DNA from: a candidate division WOR-3 bacterium
GTDB lineage: Bacteria > Hydrothermota > Hydrothermia > LBFQ01 > DSFT01
Length of the DNA: 14,273 nucleotides
Assembly: GCA_965649115.1 (NCBI GenBank)
Contig: CBFGJN010000049.1
Location: 1-14,273 of the forward strand
Direction of reading: 5' to 3'
Part shown: piece by piece, positions 7,842 through 14,273 of the stretch
How the letters are laid out: each line of letters starts with the position of its first letter
How positions within the stretch are numbered: the first letter of the stretch is position 1
Program-made: the position numbers and the translations under genes
The notes under the pieces: generated by a model
The model's database searches: none
Seen by the model: the letters and a program-made list of their open reading frames with translations, nothing else
What the model was told of the DNA's origin: nothing

Positions 7842-8624
7842 ATGAAAATTCTTCCAATAGAATTAGCAAAAGCTATTTTAAATCGTGAAACAGGTTTATT
7901 TATTTTTGAAAATTTGAAGAATGAATCAATAAGAGTTTTTTTGATAAATGGTGAAATTGTAAAAATTGACAGTTTATATGGAGAAGGAGAAAGTGAGATA
8001 GCAAGATTATTTTTGTGGGGTGAGGGTTATGTAATTAAAAGACCAATTCCAAAAGAATATGAGAATTTTATTCCTAATAAAAAATATAATCCGAATGGTT
8101 TTTTAAAAATTTTAATTGAAAGCATTAAGAAAGAAATTAAATTGAAAGAATTTGAAATATCAACAAATCAAATAATTTTTTATGGCTTTTTAAGTTTTTT
8201 AAACAACAATGCTCCATTTTTAGTATATAATAAGGATGAATGGATTGGATTTTCAAAAATTGTTGAAAGTCTCTCAAAAAGTATAAAAAATTCAACAGTT
8301 TTAATTTCAAATAAGTACTTGCTGTTCTTCTCAAATGATGTTGATTTTATATTTTCAGAAAATGGTTATATTGATTTTAATAAAGTTGATGAAGAAAATA
8401 TATTTGAACCATTTGATTATAAAGTTTTTGTTTTTGGTCCAGAAGAATATAAAAAGCTTATAATTCCATTTGAAAGAGAACCTTCATATAAAGGCTTATT
8501 TGAAAATTTAAAAATGGATGATTACACTATTGGTTTTTTCTTTAAGAACGATGAAGTTGATATTTTTATTAAAGACTTAAAAGAAGAATTCAAAAACTAT
8601 CCTAATTGTATATTATGGAAGTAG
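7842..8624 (+). CDS. Hypothetical protein with DUF4388/PATAN-like N-terminal domain
   Basis: RETGLFIF...VFLINGEIVKI...GESEIARLFLWGEGY resembles the DUF4388 pattern; the rest is unrecognised. Confidence 0.55.
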   Translation: MKILPIELAKAILNRETGLFIFENLKNESIRVFLINGEIVKIDSLYGEGESEIARLFLWGEGYVIKRPIPKEYENFIPNKKYNPNGFLKILIESIKKEIKLKEFEISTNQIIFYGFLSFLNNNAPFLVYNKDEWIGFSKIVESLSKSIKNSTVLISNKYLLFFSNDVDFIFSENGYIDFNKVDEENIFEPFDYKVFVFGPEEYKKLIIPFEREPSYKGLFENLKMDDYTIGFFFKNDEVDIFIKDLKEEFKNYPNCILWK

Positions 8625-9163
8625 AGGCAAAATTCTTAATTGATAATCCAGATAAATTAGAAAGCTTCTTAAATAATTTTGTAAAACCTATTGAACTTGA
8701 AATTGATGACATTTATTTTGATAATAATCAATTAAATCTCTTAAAAAAGTACAATTGTGCTTTTAGAATTAGAAAAGAAAATGAAAAATTTTACTTTACA
8801 ATAAAAAGGAAACTTCAAGATGATAGTAATTTATTTAAAAGAATTGAAATTGAAAAAGAAATACCAAAAGATATTTATGAAAAGCTTAAAAGAAGTGAAT
8901 TTTATTTTTATTTTGATGACATTGAATTAAAAATTTTTCCAATAATTGAAATTCTTTCAAAAAGAAAATTATATCTAATTGAAAATTTAAAAGTTTCAAT
9001 TGATAAGGTTATTTTTAATGATAGAACAACTATGAATTTTTTAGAAATAGAAGGAAATGAAAATGAGATATTAGAGTTTACCAACAATATAACAAAACAT
9101 TTTAATTTGATTGAATGGAAAATTTCAAAACTTGAAACAGCTTTAAAATTTTGGGACTTATAG
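8615..9163 (+). CDS. CYTH domain protein (class IV adenylate cyclase / triphosphate tunnel metalloenzyme)
   Basis: N-terminal ExExK (MEVEAKF), DIYFD, FRIR, TIK, R.EIE, KR..Y, SIDKV and FLEIE. ATG 8615 preferred over TTG 8606. Confidence 0.9.
   Translation: MEVEAKFLIDNPDKLESFLNNFVKPIELEIDDIYFDNNQLNLLKKYNCAFRIRKENEKFYFTIKRKLQDDSNLFKRIEIEKEIPKDIYEKLKRSEFYFYFDDIELKIFPIIEILSKRKLYLIENLKVSIDKVIFNDRTTMNFLEIEGNENEILEFTNNITKHFNLIEWKISKLETALKFWDL
9140..9151 (+). promoter_or_regulatory. GCTTTAAAATTT putative -10 element for the RT leader/ncRNA
   Basis: Exact 12-mer within the last codons of the CYTH gene; predicts a start near 9156, just before the structured element. Confidence 0.45.
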
Positions 9164-9240
9164 AAGGGGCGAATTTGAATTCTCTATAATCTTTTAACCT
9201 TCTGTGGGTTTAAACCCACAGAGGCGGTCCGCCCCTTCTA
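9161..9240 (+). ncRNA. Candidate RT-associated structured RNA (nested inverted repeats)
   Basis: Perfect 11-bp IR TAGAAGGGGCG (9161-9171) / CGCCCCTTCTA (9230-9240) enclosing the perfect 22-nt palindrome TCTGTGGGTTTAAACCCACAGA (9201-9222); GC-rich in AT-rich context; ends 6 nt before the RT ATG. Structure is seen; RNA function is inferred. Confidence 0.55.
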
Positions 9241-9246
9241 CATTAA

Positions 9247-10659
9247 ATGAATGATAAAAATTGGGCTTTTTCAAAGGATGACTTATTGGAATTAAAATCA
9301 TTATATGATAAAAAAATTGAAGAAGTAAAGGAATTTAGAACTTATTCCAAACCTCAAAAAAAGTTACTTTCAGATTATCAGAAAATTTGTCAAATTTTGA
9401 AATTTTTAGATGAACTCAAAGAAGAGGAATTTTTAAATAAATTGAATAAAGGAGAATTTAAATTTCAAATTGGAAGAGTTGGATATTTTACGAGTAAGTA
9501 CTTTTTAAAATCAAGGGTAGTTTTGAATTTAATTAGATTAAATAATAATCAGATAGATAAAAAATACATTGAAACTCAAATAGCCTTGAAACTAATTGCC
9601 AACAAGCTAATGAAAAATAAAATCGTTGAAAAGCCAAAAACAAGAAAGTCCGTTATTAGAAACTTAATTGAATTTTTGAGAAAAAACATAAATGAATCCG
9701 AGAATTTTTATCTAATAAGGGCTGATTTCAAAAGTTATACTTTAAATATAAGGAGAAATAAGGTTATAGAAATTTTAAGAAACAAGGATGTTCCTGATTT
9801 TATAATTAAAATGATTAAAGAATTTATAAATTATCCTTCAATTGAATCAAAAATTTTTAAAAACTATCCATTAGCTAAATTCTTTAATGAAATTGGCTAT
9901 CTTAGTGATTATTCTTTGGATGGGGATTATAAATGTATTTTAGGTTATGAAGGTATTTTATCAGGGACACCTTTAAGTAATGTTTTGGGCATGTTATACT
10001 TACAAGATTTTGATAATTTTATTAGTGAAAAGATAGTTTCAAACGGATTTTATGAAAGGTACTTTGATGATTTAATTATAATATCTTCGCCCAATCCAAA
10101 GGAAATTAAAAAACAAATAAACGATTATCTTTCAAATCTATATCAAATAAATAAAAAAGATATTGCAAGGATTTTTGATATTGGAGAAAATGGAAATTTA
10201 GGAAGAGTTCTTGAAAAAGGATTTGAATTCTTGGGATATAAGTTTCAGAAAGAAAATAATAGAATTAAAATTTCAATTAGATATAAAACCTTAAAGAAGT
10301 TTGCTTATAAGTTCATTTACGAACATAGAGTTATAGAAGGAAAGTACATTGAATGTCTGGTGGCTAAAAATTATTACTTGTTCTCTTGGTTAAATAGTTT
10401 TATTTTTATTAATGACCATAAACTTCTTGAAGAAATTTACAAAAAAATAATTCTTCCTAATATTTATTCAACATTAAAAAACTACTTAAAATTCCAAAGG
10501 AAAGATACAAGCGAAGATCATTTAAAAGGATATTTTAAAGAAATAAAAAAATTTTATAAACCTGCTTCAATTTTAAGAATTTTGAGAAAAGGAAATAAAC
10601 AAAAAATTATTGAAAAATTAAAAAATCTAAAAGTTCTAATTGAAGAAATAATTGGGTGA
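9247..10659 (+). CDS. Reverse transcriptase, Drt3a/UG3-like defence-associated RT (stand-alone)
   Basis: YLIRADFKSY (Asp160), GILSGTPLSNVLGMLYL, YERYFDDLIII (YxDD 272-275) and FEFLGYKF. Segments KTRKSVIRNLIEFL and KISIRYKTLKKF recall Drt3a. RT call firm, subfamily by eye only. Confidence 0.85.
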   Translation: MNDKNWAFSKDDLLELKSLYDKKIEEVKEFRTYSKPQKKLLSDYQKICQILKFLDELKEEEFLNKLNKGEFKFQIGRVGYFTSKYFLKSRVVLNLIRLNNNQIDKKYIETQIALKLIANKLMKNKIVEKPKTRKSVIRNLIEFLRKNINESENFYLIRADFKSYTLNIRRNKVIEILRNKDVPDFIIKMIKEFINYPSIESKIFKNYPLAKFFNEIGYLSDYSLDGDYKCILGYEGILSGTPLSNVLGMLYLQDFDNFISEKIVSNGFYERYFDDLIIISSPNPKEIKKQINDYLSNLYQINKKDIARIFDIGENGNLGRVLEKGFEFLGYKFQKENNRIKISIRYKTLKKFAYKFIYEHRVIEGKYIECLVAKNYYLFSWLNSFIFINDHKLLEEIYKKIILPNIYSTLKNYLKFQRKDTSEDHLKGYFKEIKKFYKPASILRILRKGNKQKIIEKLKNLKVLIEEIIG

Positions 10660-10661
10660 AA

Positions 10662-10779
10662 TTTAGAGTAAGAGTTTTGACTTTAAAAAATCCTATATTT
10701 TTAATAGAAACAGCATTTTGGAATTTATTTTTTGAAGTCATTTAACACCATTTACTAAACATAGCAGATTTTCGTTGCT
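10662..10779 (+). ncRNA. Candidate structured RNA or long stem-loop downstream of RT
   Basis: 14-bp stem TGACTTTAAAAAAT (10678-10691) / ATTTTTTGAAGTCA (10727-10740) with one G-U; weaker outer pairing 10662-10671 with 10752-10759; small hairpin 10763-10779. Confidence 0.35.
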
Positions 10780-10788
10780 TTAAAATTT
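10777..10788 (+). promoter_or_regulatory. GCTTTAAAATTT putative -10 element for hsdR
   Basis: Exact 12-mer; TAAAAT core lies 17 nt before ATG 10804. Confidence 0.45.
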
Positions 10789-10803
10789 TAGAACAAATGG
10801 ATT

Positions 10804-13317
10804 ATGCTTAATGAAGCTGATACAAGGGCAAAATTGATAGATGATAAATTAAGGGAAGCTCGTTGGACAGAAAATTTAATATCGCGTGAACTGACTATAA
10901 TGGAAGGTAAAATAATTGATGAATATGGAAATAGAGGGAAAGTATTAAGACCTGATTATATTCTATTTTTAGAGAACTATTTTCCAATAGCTGTTGTAGA
11001 AGCAAAAGCAGAATCAGAAGACCATAGATCTGGGATACAACGGGCAAAAAAATATGCAGAAATTCTTCAAGTACCATTTGCTTATTCAACAAATGGACAC
11101 AAAATTGAGGAATACGATTTTATAAATAAAAAACAAACAACTCTTGATAGATTTCCATCACCTGCTGAATTATGGGAAAGGTATTCTCTTTGGAAATTTG
11201 GAAGAGTTTTACCATTTGATAAGAACAAAAACCCGCTTCTTTATCCTTATAATATCTTTACGAATAAAAAGCCAAGGTATTATCAAATTGCTGCAGTAAG
11301 AAATGTAATTGAAGCATTTTTGAAAGGGCAAAAGCGTATACTACTAACTATGGCTACTGGCACGGGTAAGACGGAAGTTGCTTTTTGGGTAGTGTGGAAG
11401 TTATACAACACGGGTAAGATAAGGAGGGTGCTTTATGTTGCGGATAGAATTATGTTGAGAGATCAAGCTTATAATCGTTTTCAAGCTTTTGAGAGTAGTA
11501 GAGAAATAATTAAGGAAGGAAATGCTCCAAAAATAAGAGATATTTATTTTGCAACATATCAAAGTCTTTACTCTGAAAGAAATGGAAAAAGGCTTTATCA
11601 GGAATATGAGGAGAATTTCTTTGATATGATTATTATTGACGAGTGTCATAGGTCAGGTTATGGAAGGTGGAAGGAAATTCTTGATTATTTTAAAAATGCT
11701 GTTCATTTCGGTATGACCGCAACACCCAAGAGAGATGATAACATAGACACATATGCTTATTTCGGCAAGCCCGTATATGTTTATAGTTTAGGGCAGGGCA
11801 TAGAGGATGGATTTTTAGCCCCTTATAAGATCCACAAAATCTTTACAAACATAGACAAAAATGGTGGTATTTCTCTTAAAGATTTAGCAAGTGAAGGAGC
11901 GGCGATTGAGGTTCCACAAGGTTTAGAGGTAAAGGATTTTTATTCATTGGGAGATTTTGAAAAGGAAATTATACTACCTGATAGAACTGAAATGATGGTC
12001 AAAAAGTTAGCCGAGATATTAAGAATTTACGGACCTACTGAAAAAACGATAGTCTTTTGTGTAACAAAAGAACATGCTTTGGATGTTGTTAAGATATTAC
12101 AAAATGAACTTGGTAGAGATATTGCTTCCTTAGGAATAAATGCTGATGAATTCGTTGTTAGGGTTGTTGATGAGGAACCAAATGCAATAGAACTTGCCCG
12201 AAAAATGGCTGATCCTGAAAGTCGAACGCCAATAATAGCGGTTACAGTTGATCTTTTAAGTACAGGTATTGATATTCCGCCTGTAAAGAACATAGTTATA
12301 ATGAGACCCATTTCTTCCGAGGTTTTGTTTAAGCAAATTATTGGCAGGGGAAGTAGAATAAGCGAAAGTGTTGGTAAGTTCTTTTTTAGAATAATAGATT
12401 TTGTAAATGCTACTAGGCTTTTAGACCCATGGGATATTCCACCACAAGAGTATATCCCCGATACCCCAGAAGGTCCGTTTGATCATTTTATAAGGGGTAA
12501 GGTTGTAGATGAAGAGGATGGGACTCCAATCGCGAACGCGAGGATAACCGCAAAATTTGGGGTAAATATGGTTAAACCGGCAAGGACGGATGAAAATGGT
12601 GAATTTCTCATGGATGGTTGTCCTCGTTCATCTGTAAAGATCAGGGTTGAGGCTGGGGATTATAAAATGAGAGAGGTAAGCGTAAATCCAACCCCTTCAA
12701 AGGATAATGTTTCCGTAGTTATCGAACTAAAAAGGAAAAAACCAAAAGAAGGAAAGATAAGGGTTATGGGAATAGATGTTTATATAGAGGAAGAATTGTA
12801 TGTTGAGGTGGAAGGGGTAAAGTTAAACAGTGCCCAATATATTCAATATGCTAAGGAAAATTTTAGAAAAAAGGTTATAACCTTGGAGGATTTGAGGAAA
12901 ATTTGGATAAATGCGGCGAGTAGGAAAAGGTTTTTGGAGGAATTGAGGAAAAAGAGTATAAATCCAGAATTGATAGGGCAGATTATTAAAAGACCAGATG
13001 CGGATGCTTTTGATGTTATAGCCCATGTGGCCTTTGACGTCCCAATTTTGAGTAGGGATGATAGGGCAGTTGCATTGTTAAACAAAAAATATAATTTTAT
13101 AAATTCCTTTAATGAAACTGCTAGGAATGTTTTGCTTAATCTTATAGAAAAGTATAAACTTGGTGGTGTTGATGAAATTTCAGTTGATGCTCTCAAAACA
13201 CCAGATATTAATAGAAGTGTTGGCGGTTTAAAACAAATAATTAATTCTTTCGGAGGAAAGGAAAATCTTATAAAAACACTTGAAGAATTGATAAAAAGCC
13301 TTTACGATTTAGAGTAG
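10804..13317 (+). CDS. hsdR: Type I restriction enzyme R subunit (EcoAI/EcoEI-like) with inserted beta-sandwich domain
   Basis: NEADTR, PD...VVEAK nuclease motif, STNG, RYYQ, MATGTGKT, DECHR, MTATP, LLSTGID, FKQIIGRGSR, and an EcoEI-type C-terminus (DAFDVIAHVAFD...LSR). Confidence 0.95.
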   Translation: MLNEADTRAKLIDDKLREARWTENLISRELTIMEGKIIDEYGNRGKVLRPDYILFLENYFPIAVVEAKAESEDHRSGIQRAKKYAEILQVPFAYSTNGHKIEEYDFINKKQTTLDRFPSPAELWERYSLWKFGRVLPFDKNKNPLLYPYNIFTNKKPRYYQIAAVRNVIEAFLKGQKRILLTMATGTGKTEVAFWVVWKLYNTGKIRRVLYVADRIMLRDQAYNRFQAFESSREIIKEGNAPKIRDIYFATYQSLYSERNGKRLYQEYEENFFDMIIIDECHRSGYGRWKEILDYFKNAVHFGMTATPKRDDNIDTYAYFGKPVYVYSLGQGIEDGFLAPYKIHKIFTNIDKNGGISLKDLASEGAAIEVPQGLEVKDFYSLGDFEKEIILPDRTEMMVKKLAEILRIYGPTEKTIVFCVTKEHALDVVKILQNELGRDIASLGINADEFVVRVVDEEPNAIELARKMADPESRTPIIAVTVDLLSTGIDIPPVKNIVIMRPISSEVLFKQIIGRGSRISESVGKFFFRIIDFVNATRLLDPWDIPPQEYIPDTPEGPFDHFIRGKVVDEEDGTPIANARITAKFGVNMVKPARTDENGEFLMDGCPRSSVKIRVEAGDYKMREVSVNPTPSKDNVSVVIELKRKKPKEGKIRVMGIDVYIEEELYVEVEGVKLNSAQYIQYAKENFRKKVITLEDLRKIWINAASRKRFLEELRKKSINPELIGQIIKRPDADAFDVIAHVAFDVPILSRDDRAVALLNKKYNFINSFNETARNVLLNLIEKYKLGGVDEISVDALKTPDINRSVGGLKQIINSFGGKENLIKTLEELIKSLYDLE

Positions 13318-13327
13318 TGATTTTAAA

Positions 13328-14273
13328 ATGGATAGACAGACTTTAAAATCAAAATTTAAGCAAGCTTGCGATTTGTTAAGGAATGAAATTGCGTCTATAA
13401 ACTACATTGTTCAGCTATCTTGGATGCTTTTTCTGAAATTATATGATGATTTAGAGGATGAAAAGGAGATAGAAGCTGAATTAAAGGGTAATACATATCA
13501 AAGGAACATTCCTTCGCCATATCGCTGGAAGGATTGGGTTCATAGGGATTGGAGAAGTGAAGAACTTATAAACTTTGTAAATAATGATTTATTTCCTTTC
13601 CTTTCAAGTTTAAATGGAAATGATGAAAAAGCGTTAATATCCAAAATTTTTAGTGGAAGAGAGATTCAAAACTTTTTAAAAGATGGATATAAGTTAAGGG
13701 AAGTTGCATTCCTGCTTGATGAGTTAAAATTTACAAGTCAGGAAGATATTTATCTTATTTCTACACTATACGAGGAGCTTTTACCTGAAATAGGTGAAAT
13801 GGGTAAGTATGCGGGTGAGTATTACACACCAAGGCCTATTATAAGGCTAATGGTAAAAATCGTTAATCCAAAACTTGGCGAAAAGATATTAGACCCTTTT
13901 TTGGGTTCTGCGGGATTTCTTATTGAGAGTTATAGACATATTACAGAAGATAAAATTTTTACAACAAAAGACAAAGAGCTCTTAGATAATATGTTTTATG
14001 GTCAAGAAAAAAAGGATATTCCTTATCTCATAGGAGTAATGAATATTCTTTTGCATAATGTTCCCACAACCCACATTTATAAGGTTGATACATTTGCGGA
14101 AGATATTATGAATGTTTCTGAGAGAAATAAGTTTGATATAATCCTTACAAATCCGCCTTTTGGTGGTAAGTTTGATGAAAGGTATAAAAATAATTTTCCT
14201 ATTAAGAGTTCTGATACAGAACTTGTGGCTTTGCAGTATGTTATGAGGAAGTTGAAGAATGGAGGGAGAGCTG
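13328..14273 (+). CDS. hsdM: Type I R-M N6-adenine methyltransferase M subunit (3' truncated by window end; absent from ORF track)
   Basis: Translated by hand: MDRQTLKSKFKQACDLLR...QLSWMLFLK...YRWKDW...GEYYTPR...ILDPFLGSAGFL (motif I)...FDIILTNPPFGG (motif IV); begins 10 nt after the hsdR stop. Confidence 0.95.
   Translation, partial: MDRQTLKSKFKQACDLLRNEIASINYIVQLSWMLFLKLYDDLEDEKEIEAELKGNTYQRNIPSPYRWKDWVHRDWRSEELINFVNNDLFPFLSSLNGNDEKALISKIFSGREIQNFLKDGYKLREVAFLLDELKFTSQEDIYLISTLYEELLPEIGEMGKYAGEYYTPRPIIRLMVKIVNPKLGEKILDPFLGSAGFLIESYRHITEDKIFTTKDKELLDNMFYGQEKKDIPYLIGVMNILLHNVPTTHIYKVDTFAEDIMNVSERNKFDIILTNPPFGGKFDERYKNNFPIKSSDTELVALQYVMRKLKNGGRA

Noticed and set aside
4766..8334. Minus-strand ORFs 4766-4987, 6313-6528, 7074-7349 and 8137-8334
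   Set aside because: Antisense shadows of well-supported genes with no motifs.
712..9163. HD dNTPase, metallophosphoesterase and CYTH as partners of the RT system
   Set aside because: All look like ordinary housekeeping family members, tightly coupled to other host genes. Only CYTH is adjacent to the RT and nothing else links them; co-occurrence analysis could reopen this.
9198..9224. Rho-independent terminator or integron attC site
   Set aside because: No U-tract follows the hairpin on either strand; no RYYYAAC...GTTRRRY boxes flank it.
9161..10659. Classical retron (a1/a2 inverted repeats plus RT)
   Set aside because: The outer IR resembles a1/a2, but the RT lacks NAxxH and VTG (it has FEFLGYKF), the 80-nt element is short for msr-msd, and there is no adjacent effector. 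Disfavoured; a phylogeny would settle it.
9247..10659. Group II intron maturase, DGR RT or CRISPR-associated RT
   Set aside because: No room for intron RNA and no domain V seen; no TR/VR pair or avd; no cas1 or array.
10895..13196. Five short minus-strand ORFs within hsdR
   Set aside because: Antisense shadows of hsdR.

Overview
Very AT-rich, densely packed bacterial DNA from a diderm (lpxK present). Bases 149-9163 hold unrelated housekeeping genes: flavin reductase, HD phosphohydrolase, a lipoprotein, a metallophosphoesterase, an isolated nuoC, lpxK, thiolase, an EnvC-like M23 protein, DoxX, a DUF4388-like protein and a CYTH protein. G-rich repeat remnants with possible terminal inverted repeats interrupt this stretch at 1-107 and 3997-4302. 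From about 9160 onward is a probable defence island. It contains a stand-alone reverse transcriptase resembling Drt3a/UG3 (no Drt3b partner, no retron or group II intron hallmarks) and then a type I R-M hsdR and a partial hsdM. The best candidate for an undescribed system is this RT. It has a nested hairpin element upstream, a long stem-loop downstream, and non-canonical residues in the nucleotide pocket (Thr at the steric-gate position, LSG in place of PQG). Also notable are a beta-sandwich domain inserted in HsdR and a recurring 12-mer, GCTTTAAAATTT, at gene 5' ends that looks like a promoter for leaderless or short-leader mRNAs. All family assignments come from motif recognition by eye; no searches were run.
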